Positions 28,491 through 38,776 of a stretch of DNA of 64,000 bases are shown here, in pieces. Origin of the DNA: an uncultured Pseudomonadota bacterium (GTDB lineage Bacteria > Pseudomonadota > Alphaproteobacteria > JACZXZ01); contig CAVVLJ010000004.1 in the NCBI GenBank assembly GCA_963749075.1, positions 192,001 to 256,000 of the forward strand, read 5' to 3'. How positions within the stretch are numbered: the stretch's first letter is position 1; the number at the start of each line of letters is the position of its first letter. Made by a program: the position numbers and the translations under genes. The notes under the pieces are model-generated. The model made no database searches, had not been told where the DNA came from, and saw only the letters and a list, made by a program, of their open reading frames with translations.

Positions 28491-28635
28491 GCCTCTGGCC
28501 GCCTCGCCCTTCGAGACGCGCGCTTTGCGCGCTCCTCAGGGTGAGGCGGCCCCAGCCTTGGAGGATTTCCTCATCCTGAGGAGGGCCGAAGGCCCGTCTC
28601 GAAGGATGAGGAAATCTGCTCGGCGCCAAATGCGA
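28491..28635. repeat. Family C palindromic element, copy 2
   Basis: Same orientation and near-identical sequence to 24363-24509. Confidence 0.9.
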
Positions 28636-28643
28636 TCGCTTTA

Positions 28644-30728
28644 TTATTTCCCCTCGCGGCGCCAGGCGAAGGCGAGGGTGCCGAGCGCTGCCAGCAGCAC
28701 GAGGAGGGCGGGCAAGAGCGGCGCCTGGCGCACGCCGCTCACCACGTAATCGCCGTTCTCCTTGAAGGCGATCCAGGCTCCGGCGGCGCCGCCGCCGGCA
28801 TATTCGCGGCTCGGCCGGAGCTGGCGCAGCTCGGGCACGCCGCCTTGCGAGAGCCAGCGGATGCTGCCGCCGGTCGCCTCTGCCGCGGGTTTGAGCTTCT
28901 CGTCCGTCGAGCGCACGTCCTGGAACTCGACGGGGTTGAGCGGCCCGACCGCGGCGAGTGCGGTATGGCTGCCGTCGCCGATGCGGTAGAGCCCGAGCTC
29001 GCTCGCCGCGAGCGTGCCTTCGGAGCGCCCGCCCTCGCCGGGTATCAGCGCCAGCTTGAGCGTCTTGCCCTCGGGCGTCGTTACCACGGCGGTGACGGGC
29101 TTGGGGTCGAGGCTCTGGCGCACGACCTTGATCTTGTTGCCCTCGACCTGCGCGCGCAGCGCCTCCTCCTCAAGCTCGGGCTCCTGCATGAGCCAGTGGG
29201 CGAGGCGGCGCAAGAGCTCGGATTCCGGCCCGCCGCCCTCGTAGCCGCGCGACCACAGCCACATCTGGTCGCTGGAGAGCAGCGCCACGCGGCCCTTGCC
29301 GACGCGCGAGAGCTCGAGGAGCGGGCGGCCGTCGACCCCGGTCATGAGCGTCATGCCCTCCTTGGCGCGCACGCCGATCTGGCGGAACCAGCGGCCCCAG
29401 GGATGCTTGGGATCGTCTTCGCCGGGGAGGTCGGCGGTGACCGGATGGCGCTTGCCGAGCTCGGTCACCTCGGGGCGGAAGCCGCGCTCGATGACCTGGC
29501 CCGTGGGCTCGGCCGGCATGATGGCGCCGAGCGGCGTATAGAAGATGCTGATCGGCGAGGCGAAGTCGGGACCGACGGCGGCGAGCAGCGCGCCGCCGCG
29601 GTTCACGAAATCGGCGATGTTCTGCAGGTAGTTGTTCGGCAGCTCGCCGCGCCGGCGATAGCGGTCGAAGATGATGAGGTCGAACTCGTTGAGCTTGACC
29701 TCGAAGAGCTCGTGCACCGGGAAGGTGATGAGCGAGAGCTCGCGCACCGGCGTGGCGTCGAGCTTCTCGGGCGGGCGCAGGATGGTGAAATGCACGAGGT
29801 CGACGGAGGGATCGGACTTGAGGAGATTGCGCCAGGCCCGCTCGCCGGGGTGCGGCTCGCCCGAGATGAGGAGGACGCGCAGGCGGTCGCGCACGCCGTT
29901 CATCACCACGACGGCGCGCTTGTTCTGCAAGGTGAGCGGATGCGGGCCGGGCTCGACCGAGAGCTCGAGGACGCTCTGGCCCGCGTGGTCGAGGGTGACC
30001 GGGATCTTGACGTCCTGGCCGAGCGGGATCGCGACCGTGGTCTCGTTGGCGCCGTCGCGCCGGAGCGTGAGCCGCGTCTCGCCGGCCGACGGTCCGGGCA
30101 GATCGTCGACCCGCACGGTCATGCTGAGCGGCTTGTTGACGAGGCCGTAGCTCGGCGCATCGACGACGGTCAAGCGGCGGTCCCGCTCGTTGGGCGCGCC
30201 GGTCAGCAGCACGTGGAGCGGGGCGCCGAGCCGCGCCGCCACTACGCCGCCCGGCGCGTCGTGCACCTCGCCGTCGGTGATCATGACGGCGCCCGCGAAG
30301 CGCTGGCGCGGGATCTCGCCGAGGGCGGTCTCGAGCGCCTTCCAGAGCTCGGTGCCGCTGTCGGAGAGCCCCGGGTCCTGGCCGGTCGAGCGCACCACGC
30401 GCAGCTCGAAGTGCTTGAGCGACTTGGCCGCCTCCTCGATGCGGGCGAGCGCTGCCGCGCTCTCGGCGCGCCGGTTGCCGATGCCCTGGCTCGGCGAATC
30501 GTCCACCACCACGAGGCCGATGTCGTTGAGCGGTGCGCGGTCCTCGAGCACGGCAGAGGGATTGGCGAGCGTCAGGATGAGCACGGCGAGCGCCAGGAGG
30601 CGCCAGGCGCGTCCGCGCGCGCGGCGAAAGTAAGCGAGCGCCAGCAGCACCGCCGCGGCGCCCGCGAGCGCTGCGATCGCCGGCCAGGGCAGGAGCGGCG
30701 CAAAGGCGATGGAGAGATTGCCGAGCAT
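28644..30728 (-). CDS. Membrane protein with vWA-like and GATase1-like domains (MoxR operon)
   Basis: DDSPSQ, ITDGEVHD, SGEPHPGERAWRNLLKSDPSVDLVHFTILRPP. Confidence 0.88.
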   Translation of the reverse strand: MLGNLSIAFAPLLPWPAIAALAGAAAVLLALAYFRRARGRAWRLLALAVLILTLANPSAVLEDRAPLNDIGLVVVDDSPSQGIGNRRAESAAALARIEEAAKSLKHFELRVVRSTGQDPGLSDSGTELWKALETALGEIPRQRFAGAVMITDGEVHDAPGGVVAARLGAPLHVLLTGAPNERDRRLTVVDAPSYGLVNKPLSMTVRVDDLPGPSAGETRLTLRRDGANETTVAIPLGQDVKIPVTLDHAGQSVLELSVEPGPHPLTLQNKRAVVVMNGVRDRLRVLLISGEPHPGERAWRNLLKSDPSVDLVHFTILRPPEKLDATPVRELSLITFPVHELFEVKLNEFDLIIFDRYRRRGELPNNYLQNIADFVNRGGALLAAVGPDFASPISIFYTPLGAIMPAEPTGQVIERGFRPEVTELGKRHPVTADLPGEDDPKHPWGRWFRQIGVRAKEGMTLMTGVDGRPLLELSRVGKGRVALLSSDQMWLWSRGYEGGGPESELLRRLAHWLMQEPELEEEALRAQVEGNKIKVVRQSLDPKPVTAVVTTPEGKTLKLALIPGEGGRSEGTLAASELGLYRIGDGSHTALAAVGPLNPVEFQDVRSTDEKLKPAAEATGGSIRWLSQGGVPELRQLRPSREYAGGGAAGAWIAFKENGDYVVSGVRQAPLLPALLVLLAALGTLAFAWRREGK

Positions 30729-30732
30729 CGCC

Positions 30733-33480
30733 TTAGAGCCCCAGGCGCTCGAGGATCGCCGGCAGATGCACCTGGTCGCCCTTGTAGTTGCCGGTGAGCG
30801 AATACATCACGAGGTTGATGCCGAAGCGGATCGCCATTTCGCGCTGGTGCTCGCCGCCCGGCACCACGGGCATCAGCGGATGGCCGCCGTCGTCGACGGC
30901 CCAGGCGCCGATCCAGTCGTTGCCGCCGATGACCACCGCCGAGACGCCGTCGTTCACCTTCTCGTCGGAGCGCTCGACCCATACGGGCGAGCCGTCGAGC
31001 CGGCCGGGGAAATCGTGCAGCAGATAGAAGGAGCGCGTCAGCACATGGTCTTCCGGCGCCTCGATGAGCGCCGGCAGATCGAGATTGCCGAGCAGTCCCT
31101 GCAGCACCCGCCAGCTCGCTGCGGAGCGGTTCGGCTCGCGCGTGTCGAACAGTATCTGGCCGCCGTTGCGCAGGTATTCGACCACTTTCTCGAGCGCCTT
31201 GGCCGTGACGGGCTGCATGTGATCCGAGATCGGCCAATAGATGAGCGGGAAGAAGGCGAGCTCGTCCCGATTGGGATCGAGCGCCACCGGTGCCGCCGCC
31301 TCGACCGCCGTGCGCGCGTTGAGCGCCAGCGAGAGGCCGATGAGCCCGGCCTTGCTGAGATCGTCGAGCGACCGGTCGCCTGTCACCATGTAGGCGAGGC
31401 GCGTCGAGGTGGTGGCGGCGATCGCGAAGGAGTCGTCGTCGGCGGCAGCGGCCTCCGCGGCATGGGCGGCCGGCACCGCCGCCGCGAGGCAGGCTAAGAG
31501 GAGTGCTGCCGTGCCGCCCGCCATGCCGCGCGCGCGGCGGCCGAGCCAGCTGCCGCGCCCGCCGAAGAGGCCGCGCAAGGCCAGGCTGATGACGAGATCG
31601 GCGAGTGCGAGGATGGTGGCGGCGCCGATCAGCCAGGGCTTGAGGTCGCGCTCGTGCTGCGCGCTGTAGACGGCGCGCGCGACGCCGGAGGGCAGCTCCG
31701 GCAGCGGGGCGATGCTACTCACCTCGCTCGTCAGGTTGAGCGCGCGCCGGCTCGCCTCCGAGCCGTAATAGCCGGGCGGATGGCGCGGCCCGATCTGCGG
31801 ATGCTCGAGATCCCCGGCGGCGATGGCGCTCGCCGCCGCCGGCGGCGTCGAGAGCTCGCCGAAGCCGTCGAGCGTCTTGAAGGGCGGCAGGCTCGCCTTC
31901 TCGCCGCCGGCCGCCACCCCGTGGCTCAGCGTCACGACGCGCTGGAGCATCTCGACGAAGAGGCCGGAGAAGGGCAGCGTCGACCAGTCCGGGTTGGCCG
32001 TGGTGTGCACGAGTGCCAGCCAGCCCTTGCCGCGCCGGTCCGCGGTGACGAGCGGCGTGCCGTCGGCGAGCCGCGCCCAGGTCTTCTCGTCGAGATCGAG
32101 CGACGGCTCGGCGAGCACCTGGCGCTTGATCGCGACGTTGGCGGGAACGGCAAGGCCGGCGAAGGGGCTGCGCGCATCGAAGGGGGCGAGGGGCTCCGGC
32201 TTCTCCCACGACATGGTGCCGCCGAGGTCGCGCTCGCCGCGGCGCAGCTTGACCGGCACGAGATCGTCGTTGCCTTGTGCCAAGCGCGGCCCGGCGAAGC
32301 GCAGGAGCGTGCCGCCGTCCCTGATCCAGCGCTCGAGGCGGGCGCGCAGCGGCGGCGGCAGGGGATCGCTGTCGGTGAGGACGAGCACGGCGAGCTGGCG
32401 CTGGAGGAGCTGCTCGAGGCTGCCCTCGACGACCTCGCTGTAGGGCTGCAGCGCCCGCTCGAGATAGTAATGGCCGCCGAGCAGCGGCTCGGCCTGCTCG
32501 TTGGGCGGCGCCACGATGACGCCCACCGGCCGGCGGCGCCAGCGGTCGTCGAGCAGCACCACGGCACCGGCACTATGCTCGCCCGCGATCTCGAGGCGCG
32601 TGATCTCGTTGCGCAGCTCGACGGGGAGCTGCAGCCTGCCCGTGGCCGTGCGCTTGCCCGGCTGGAAGGCGAGCCTCGCCTCGCCCGCCGGATGGCCGCC
32701 CTCGTCGAGCGCCTGCACGGTGAGCGCCCCCTCGCCCTCCGCCGCGGCGCGCACCGCCGTGAGGTCGAGCTCGGCGCCCATGGCGGAGGGCGGCAGCAGG
32801 AGGCGGGGCAGCGCCGCAAGCTGATCGCTCAGGACCTCGACGGGTCCGAGGCGCTGCAGGCGCTCCGCGAGCGCGCGCGCATCGCCGCCCGCGATGCCGT
32901 CCGAGAGCCACACGACATGCGCCCGGCCGGGGAGCTGCACGCCGTCGAGGAGCTTGAGCACCGCGGCACGGTCGCTCGGCCAGGGCTCGGGCGCCAGCGT
33001 CTGGGCGAGCCGCTTAGCCTCGCCCGCGGTCAAGAGGCCGCTCGACTGCAGGGCGTTGCCGGAGGCGGAGGGTGCCGTCGCCAGCAGCATCACCGGCCGC
33101 CGCTCGCGCTCGGCGCTGTCGAGCAGGCTGGCCAGCGCCTGCCCGCGCGCCGACCAGTTGCGCGCCGCCGCCCAGCCGTTGTCGACGACGAGCACGAGCG
33201 GCCCTTGGCCGCCGTGCGGACCGAGCGGATTGAGGAGCGGCTGGGCCAGCCCCAGGATGACGAGCGCCGCCAGGATGAGGCGCAGGATGACGAGCCAGAG
33301 CGGCGTGTGCGCCGGCGTCTCCTCGCTCTGCGCCAGCCCGAGGAGGAGGCGCACCGCGGGAAAGCGCACGAGGCGCGGGCTCGGCGGCGTGATGCGCAGC
33401 AGCCACCAGAGCGCCGGCAGGGCTGCCGCCGCCGCGAGCAGCCAGGGATGCACGAAGGCGACGGCTTCCAGCCCCAGCAT
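30733..33480 (-). CDS. BatA N-terminal / DUF4159 domain protein
   Basis: LPALWWLLRITPP, TPLWLVILRL, C-terminal RFGINLVMYSLTGNYKGDQVH. Confidence 0.9.
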   Translation of the reverse strand: MLGLEAVAFVHPWLLAAAAALPALWWLLRITPPSPRLVRFPAVRLLLGLAQSEETPAHTPLWLVILRLILAALVILGLAQPLLNPLGPHGGQGPLVLVVDNGWAAARNWSARGQALASLLDSAERERRPVMLLATAPSASGNALQSSGLLTAGEAKRLAQTLAPEPWPSDRAAVLKLLDGVQLPGRAHVVWLSDGIAGGDARALAERLQRLGPVEVLSDQLAALPRLLLPPSAMGAELDLTAVRAAAEGEGALTVQALDEGGHPAGEARLAFQPGKRTATGRLQLPVELRNEITRLEIAGEHSAGAVVLLDDRWRRRPVGVIVAPPNEQAEPLLGGHYYLERALQPYSEVVEGSLEQLLQRQLAVLVLTDSDPLPPPLRARLERWIRDGGTLLRFAGPRLAQGNDDLVPVKLRRGERDLGGTMSWEKPEPLAPFDARSPFAGLAVPANVAIKRQVLAEPSLDLDEKTWARLADGTPLVTADRRGKGWLALVHTTANPDWSTLPFSGLFVEMLQRVVTLSHGVAAGGEKASLPPFKTLDGFGELSTPPAAASAIAAGDLEHPQIGPRHPPGYYGSEASRRALNLTSEVSSIAPLPELPSGVARAVYSAQHERDLKPWLIGAATILALADLVISLALRGLFGGRGSWLGRRARGMAGGTAALLLACLAAAVPAAHAAEAAAADDDSFAIAATTSTRLAYMVTGDRSLDDLSKAGLIGLSLALNARTAVEAAAPVALDPNRDELAFFPLIYWPISDHMQPVTAKALEKVVEYLRNGGQILFDTREPNRSAASWRVLQGLLGNLDLPALIEAPEDHVLTRSFYLLHDFPGRLDGSPVWVERSDEKVNDGVSAVVIGGNDWIGAWAVDDGGHPLMPVVPGGEHQREMAIRFGINLVMYSLTGNYKGDQVHLPAILERLGL

Positions 33481-34394
33481 CAGAAGTCGTCCCAGCTTGC
33501 CGAGAGACGTGCGTAAAGGCCGAGCAGCGCCCGCTCGGGCGGCTGATCGGTGCGGTGCGCCATGAAGTCCCAGCCGACCGCGCGGGCAATGTCCTCGAGC
33601 CCCTGCCGGTGCAGCGAGAGGCGGTCGACGTAGGCCTCGCGCACCGCCTCGACGCGGCGGACGAGGACCCGGCCCTCGCCCTCGAGCCCCTCGAAGCGGG
33701 TGCGGCCGACGAAGGGCAGCGTCTCCTCGGCGGGATCGACCACCTGCACGAGATGGCCCCGCAAGCCGCGCCCGGCGAAGCGGCGCACCAGCCCATGGCT
33801 CTCCTCGAGCGGCGCCAGGAGGTCGCCGATGAGGACGAGCTGGCCGTGGCGCGGCAAGAGCTCGTAAGCGGGCAGGCTGCCGTGCGCCCGCTCTTCGGGG
33901 CCGTTTTCCCTGCGCTCGAGCGCGAGCGCCATGCGGTTGAGTGCGGCACGCCCCGGGCGGGGGTGGAGACCGGAGCCGAGCAGCGCCACATGCTCGTCGC
34001 CGCGCACGAGGAGGGCGGCGAGCGCCAACGTCAAAAGCGCCGCGCGCTCGCCCTTGTCCGGCAGCGCCGCCGAGGAGCGGTAGCTCATGGAGGGCGAGCG
34101 GTCGCACCACAGCCAGACGCTGGCCGCCGCCTCCCACTCGGTCTCGCGCACGAAGAGCGCGTCGGACTTGGCCGAGCGCCGCCAGTCGATGCGCTGGGTC
34201 GGGTCGCCGAACTCATAGTGGCGGAACTGCCAGAAGGTGTCGCCGGTGCCGATGCGGCGGCGGCCGTGGACGCCCTGCGCCACGGTGGCGGCTACGCGCT
34301 CGGCGCGCACGAGGAGCGGCGGGAGGGCCGCGGCGAGGCGCTCGGCGCGCGGCTGAATGTCCGTTGCGGCTTGCGAGCGCGCGCGCTGTGCCAT
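33480..34394 (-). CDS. DUF58 protein
   Basis: GVHGRRRIGTGDTFWQFRHY, IDWRRSAK, DRSPSM. Confidence 0.92.
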   Translation of the reverse strand: MAQRARSQAATDIQPRAERLAAALPPLLVRAERVAATVAQGVHGRRRIGTGDTFWQFRHYEFGDPTQRIDWRRSAKSDALFVRETEWEAAASVWLWCDRSPSMSYRSSAALPDKGERAALLTLALAALLVRGDEHVALLGSGLHPRPGRAALNRMALALERRENGPEERAHGSLPAYELLPRHGQLVLIGDLLAPLEESHGLVRRFAGRGLRGHLVQVVDPAEETLPFVGRTRFEGLEGEGRVLVRRVEAVREAYVDRLSLHRQGLEDIARAVGWDFMAHRTDQPPERALLGLYARLSASWDDF

Positions 34395-34419
34395 AAATCC
34401 TTTCCCAGCCTTCCCTGGC

Positions 34420-35464
34420 TCAGGCGAGCGGGGCGGCGAGCCGTGCCACGACCTGGTCGATGGTGACGCCGTCGGCCCGCGCCGTGAAATTGAGCGCCAT
34501 GCGGTGCCTCAAGACCGCGCCCGCGAGCGACAGCACGTCGTCGACCGAGGGGGCGAGCCTGCCGTCGAGCACCGCGCGCGCCCGCGTCGCCAGCATGAGC
34601 GCCTGGCTGGCGCGCGGGCCCGGCCCCCAGGCGACCTGGCGGCGCACCTCCTCGAACTCGCTCGAACTCGGGCCGGCCCTGGCGCACCAGCTTGAGGATG
34701 GCATCGACCACCGATTGGCCGACGGGAATGCGGCGGATGAGGCGCTGGGCGGCGAGCAGGTCCTCGCCGCCCATCACCATGGCGGGTGCTGCCTCGGCGA
34801 CGCCGGTGGTCGCCGCCAGCATGCGCCGCTCGGCCTCGATCTCCGGATAGCTCACGTCGACCTGCATGAGAAAGCGGTCGAGCTGCGCCTCGGGCAGCGG
34901 GTAGGTGCCCTCCTGCTCGAGCGGATTCTGGGTGGCGAGCACGTGGAAGGGCCGCGGCAGCGGGTGGTAGCGCCCGGCGACCGAGACGCGGCCCTCCTGC
35001 ATCGCCTGCAAGAGGGCGGACTGGGTGCGCGGGCTCGCCCGGTTGACCTCGTCGGCCATGAGGAGCTGGCAGAACACCGGCCCCTCGATGAAGCGGAAGG
35101 CGCGCCGGCCGCTCTCGTTCTCCTCCAAAACTTCCGAGCCCAGGATGTCCGCGGGCATGAGGTCGGGCGTGCACTGGATGCGCTTCACGTCGAGGCCGAG
35201 CACGATGCCGAGCGTCTCGACGAGCCGCGTCTTGGCGAGGCCCGGCACGCCCACCAGCAAGGCATGCCCTCCGGCGAGGAGTGTGATAAGGGTTTGATCG
35301 ATGACCGTCTGCTGGCCGAAGATGACTTGGCCCACGCGCTCGCGCACGAGCGCCATGCGCTCGCCCAGGCGCTCGACCTCGGCTATCAGTGCTGCGCTCG
35401 AGGGACCTTCGGAAGGCATCGTCTCTATGAGGCTCACCTCGGCTGCTCCTTGCTGTTCGACCAA
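34420..35464 (-). CDS. MoxR AAA+ ATPase with one frameshift near 34665
   Basis: GVPGLAKT, QCTPDLMPADILG, ADEVNRASPRTQSALL, PLPEAQLDRF; C-terminus WGPGPRASQAL in a shifted frame; start uncertain (35464, 35437 or 35419). Confidence 0.92.
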
Positions 35465-35492
35465 CGGGCTACCCCGCGATTAAGGCGGCAGG

Positions 35493-36080
35493 ATGACCAA
35501 AGCATCAGATCTCCCCGCCGCGCTGGCAAATCAAATGAACGTGCCTTGCACGTCCCGTGCCGCCGCAGCCGCCCCGCCGCCTCGACTCCGGCGGTTCTGC
35601 GGCGACTTCGACATCCGCATCGCGCGCGACGGCAGCTGGCACTATCGCGACTCGCCGATCGGCCGGCGCGAGATCGTCAAGCTCTTCGCCTCCGTGCTCC
35701 GCCGCGACGAGGCCGGCGGCTATTGGCTGGAAACGCCGGCCGAGCGCGGCCGCATCCGCGTCGACGACGCGCCGTTCACCGCGGTCGAGCTCAGCGTCGA
35801 AGGAAACGGGCGTCGGCAGGCGCTGACCTTTCGCACCAATCTCGACGAGAGCGTTACCGCCAGTCGCGATCACCCGATCAGGCTCGAGCGCAATGGCCCG
35901 GGCGGCGGGCCGCGGCCCTATGTCCTCGTGCGCGAAGGGCTCGAGGCGCTCATCGTCCGTCCCGTCTATTATCAGCTTGTTGAGCTCGGAGTGGAAGGGC
36001 CATCGCGCGAGGCGGGGCTGTTCGGCGTCTGGAGCGAAGGCCAGTTCTTCGCGCTGGGCCCGCTCGAGGAGGCGACGTGA
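35493..36080 (+). CDS. DUF1285 family protein
   Basis: DIRIARDGSWHY, VKLFASVLRRD, TPAERGRIRVDDAPF. Confidence 0.88.
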   Translation: MTKASDLPAALANQMNVPCTSRAAAAAPPPRLRRFCGDFDIRIARDGSWHYRDSPIGRREIVKLFASVLRRDEAGGYWLETPAERGRIRVDDAPFTAVELSVEGNGRRQALTFRTNLDESVTASRDHPIRLERNGPGGGPRPYVLVREGLEALIVRPVYYQLVELGVEGPSREAGLFGVWSEGQFFALGPLEEAT

Positions 36081-36700
36081 CGCGGGATCTGGTGAAGGCG
36101 CTGCTCGAGGCCGGGGCTGCGGCGGAGCGGCGCGTGCGCAGCGGCACGGCGGTGCGGCGCCGCGGCGACCACGACATGAACAGCGACGACATGCGCCATC
36201 CCGGCCCCTTGACGCCGGCCGCGGTGCTGGTGCCCCTCGTCGACCGCAGCGAGGGCATGACGGTGCTGCTCACCCAGCGCACCGCCAATCTCAACGACCA
36301 CGCCGGCCAGGTGAGCTTCCCCGGCGGGCGCATGGAGCCCGAGGACGCCTCCGCCGAGGCGGCGGCGCTGCGCGAGGCGTTCGAGGAGGTCGGCCTGCCG
36401 CCGGCGCTCGTCGAGCCGGTCGGCCGACTCGACGACTACGAGACGCGCACCGGCTTTCTCGTCTATCCCGTGGTCGGCATCGTGACGCCGCCCTTCGCGG
36501 TCAAGCCCGACCCGGCCGAGGTGGCCGACGTATTCGAGGTGCCGCTCGCCTTCATCCTCGACCGCGGCAACCACCGCCGGGAGAGCCGCCTCTTCAAGGG
36601 CCGCGAGCGCCAATTCTACGTGCTGCCCTACGACGACCATTACATCTGGGGCGCCACGGCGAGCATGCTCGTCAACTTGGCGGAGGTCCTCGGCGGCTGA
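36077..36700 (+). CDS. Nudix CoA pyrophosphatase
   Basis: HAGQVSFPGG, ALREAFEEVGL, IWGATA. Confidence 0.93.
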   Translation: MTRDLVKALLEAGAAAERRVRSGTAVRRRGDHDMNSDDMRHPGPLTPAAVLVPLVDRSEGMTVLLTQRTANLNDHAGQVSFPGGRMEPEDASAEAAALREAFEEVGLPPALVEPVGRLDDYETRTGFLVYPVVGIVTPPFAVKPDPAEVADVFEVPLAFILDRGNHRRESRLFKGRERQFYVLPYDDHYIWGATASMLVNLAEVLGG

Positions 36701-36978
36701 TGGTGCGCATCGTCATCGAGTACCTCCTGCCGCTCATTTTGCCCACGGCGCTCTATGCGCTGTGGATCGCCTGGCAGCGCAGGCGCGCGGCCGCCGCCGG
36801 TGCCGTCGAGGCGGAGCTGCAGGAGCTGCCGTGGTTCTGGCTCATCCTCGCCGGCCTTGCGCTGGCCATCGCCGCCATGATCGGGACGGCATTCCTCTCC
36901 GGCTACGCGCCGGGCGCGCACTACACCCCGCCCTCCGTCAAGGGCGGCGAGGTGGTGCCGGGCCAGTTCAAGAATTAG
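36700..36978 (+). CDS. Small membrane protein (DUF6111-like)
   Basis: Two TM segments, C-terminal YTPP...GEVVPGQF; start coupled to the Nudix stop. Confidence 0.8.
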   Translation: MVRIVIEYLLPLILPTALYALWIAWQRRRAAAAGAVEAELQELPWFWLILAGLALAIAAMIGTAFLSGYAPGAHYTPPSVKGGEVVPGQFKN

Positions 36979-37046
36979 GCCAACGGGAAGGGCAGGGGGA
37001 AGGCCAAGGGAAATGCCAAGGGAAATGGACATGAGGCTGTGACGCC

Positions 37047-38312
37047 ATGACGCGGCCGGGGAAGCTCGCGCCCCAGCCCTGGATGACGGCGCCTGCTGTG
37101 CGCCGCGTGCTCGCGGCGCTCGGGGCCGAGGGCGCAGAAGTGCGCTTCGTCGGCGGCTGCGTGCGCGATGCACTCCTCGGCCGCGCGGTCAAGGACATCG
37201 ACATCGCCACCCACGATCCGCCGGAGAGCGTGATCGCGCTTCTCGAGGCGGCGGGCATCAAGGCCGTGCCGACGGGCCTCGAGCACGGCACCGTGACGGC
37301 GGTGATCGGCGGCGAGCATTTCGAGATCACCACGCTGCGTGCGGACGTGGAGTCCTACGGCCGCCGCGCCAAGGTCGCCTTCACCGACGACTGGCGGGTG
37401 GACGCGGCGCGGCGCGACCTCACGATCAACGCCATCTTCGCAAGCCCCGACGGCACGCTCTACGATCCGGCCGGCGGTCTCGCGGATCTGCGCGCGGGGC
37501 GCATCCGCTTCGTGGGAGAGGCGCGGACGCGCATCGAGGAGGACGTGCTGCGCCTCTTGCGCTTCTTCCGCTTCTACGCCCACTACGGCAAGCCGCCGCC
37601 CGACCCCGAGGCGCTCGCCGCCTGCCGCGAGCTTGCCCCGCTCTTGCCCAAGCTCTCGGGCGAGCGCATCGCGGCCGAGACGCTCAAGCTTCTCGACGCA
37701 CCCGAGCCCGCCTCCGTCGTGGCGCTGATGAGCGCCGAGGACATCGTGCCGCATTTTCTTCCCGAGGCGGACGGGGTTGCGCTCCTCAAGGCGCTGGTGA
37801 CGCTCGAGGGTTTAGGGCCCGGCAGCGATCCCTTGCGGCGCCTCGCCGCCCTTCTCGATCCCGCGGTCGGCGCGGCGGGCACGGAAGCCCTCGCGCGCCG
37901 GCTGCGCTTCTCCAACCGCGAGCGCGAGCGGCTGGTCGGACTCGCCGCCGCCGAGGAGAGGCCGCATCTCGAGATGACGGAGAAGGAACGGCGTCTCCTT
38001 CTCTATCGTCTCGGCGCCGAGCGCTTCCGCGATCTGGCACTTCTCGCCTGGGCGGAGGAGATGGCGGCCACGGGGCCGAGCGCGCGCCGCGCCGTCGAGG
38101 CCTGGCGCGAGCATCTCGCCGCGGCCGAGAGCTGGACGCCGATAGCGCTTCCCGTCAAGGGACGCGATGCGCTTCGCCTCGGCGTGCCCGCCGGGCCCGC
38201 GGTCGGCCGGCTGATCGAAGCACTCGAGGCCTGGTGGATCGCCGAGGACTTCCGCCCGGCGCGCGCCCAGTGCCTCGCCAAGCTCAAGGCGCTCGCGGAG
38301 GCCGAGCGCTGA
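37047..38312 (+). CDS. cca: CCA tRNA nucleotidyltransferase
   Basis: FVGGCVRD, DIDIAT, EITTLRAD, DAARRDLTINA, RIEEDVLRLLRFFRF. Confidence 0.93.
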   Translation: MTRPGKLAPQPWMTAPAVRRVLAALGAEGAEVRFVGGCVRDALLGRAVKDIDIATHDPPESVIALLEAAGIKAVPTGLEHGTVTAVIGGEHFEITTLRADVESYGRRAKVAFTDDWRVDAARRDLTINAIFASPDGTLYDPAGGLADLRAGRIRFVGEARTRIEEDVLRLLRFFRFYAHYGKPPPDPEALAACRELAPLLPKLSGERIAAETLKLLDAPEPASVVALMSAEDIVPHFLPEADGVALLKALVTLEGLGPGSDPLRRLAALLDPAVGAAGTEALARRLRFSNRERERLVGLAAAEERPHLEMTEKERRLLLYRLGAERFRDLALLAWAEEMAATGPSARRAVEAWREHLAAAESWTPIALPVKGRDALRLGVPAGPAVGRLIEALEAWWIAEDFRPARAQCLAKLKALAEAER

Positions 38313-38327
38313 GCGCAGCGCGCAGCG

Positions 38328-38732
38328 CTACTTGAGCGCGTTGTTGATGAGGAACTCGGCGAAGTCGGCGGGCTTGAGCTTCATCGGGTCGATCGACTGG
38401 TGGCCGGCCATGGCGCGGCTGACGACGATACGATCCTCGACCTGCGTCGGCAGCACCTTGAAGACGCCGCGCGCACCCTTGAGCTTGGGATAGAGATCGG
38501 CGTCGATCATCTTCGCCTTCTGGGCGAGCCGCGCCAGCATCTCGTCCTCGCCGAGGCCCCGCGCCTCCGCCTTCTTGACGAGCGCCCAGTCGCTCTCGCC
38601 CGCCCAGCCCACGGCAATGAGCGGCTTCAGCGGCTCGTCGCTCAAGCCCACCTTGTAGAGATGCTTGCTCAGGCCGACATCGGAGCCCCATTTGCCGAGC
38701 TTGATGCTCCGTGCCACGTAGATCGTGCCCAT
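38328..38732 (-). CDS. Hypothetical protein
   Basis: GAGGAG RBS, genome-typical codon usage, 134 aa. Confidence 0.75.
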   Translation of the reverse strand: MGTIYVARSIKLGKWGSDVGLSKHLYKVGLSDEPLKPLIAVGWAGESDWALVKKAEARGLGEDEMLARLAQKAKMIDADLYPKLKGARGVFKVLPTQVEDRIVVSRAMAGHQSIDPMKLKPADFAEFLINNALK

Positions 38733-38776
38733 GACCGCTCCTCCCCGCCCGCCTGCGGGCCCGATCGAGGGGCCGC

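Noticed and set aside
28396-28629. N-terminal extensions and small ORFs reading through repeats (also 24331-24560, 39330-39581, 43756-43959, 63687-63890)
   Set aside because: They are translations of family B/C repeats (PSPSRGEG, LTLRSAQSARLEG); better starts with an RBS lie downstream
18133-28635. Repeats with variable spacers as a CRISPR array or integron attC cassettes
   Set aside because: Copies are dispersed and in mixed orientations, there is no regular repeat-spacer period, and there are no cas or integron integrase genes
36978-37030. Degenerate 12-bp tandem (GCCAAGGGAAAT-like) before cca
   Set aside because: Short, degenerate slippage repeat with no evidence of function
28644-38312. 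MoxR-DUF58-DUF4159-GATase operon with divergent DUF1285-Nudix-cca as a novel system
   Set aside because: Widespread conserved alphaproteobacterial arrangement; nothing unusual here
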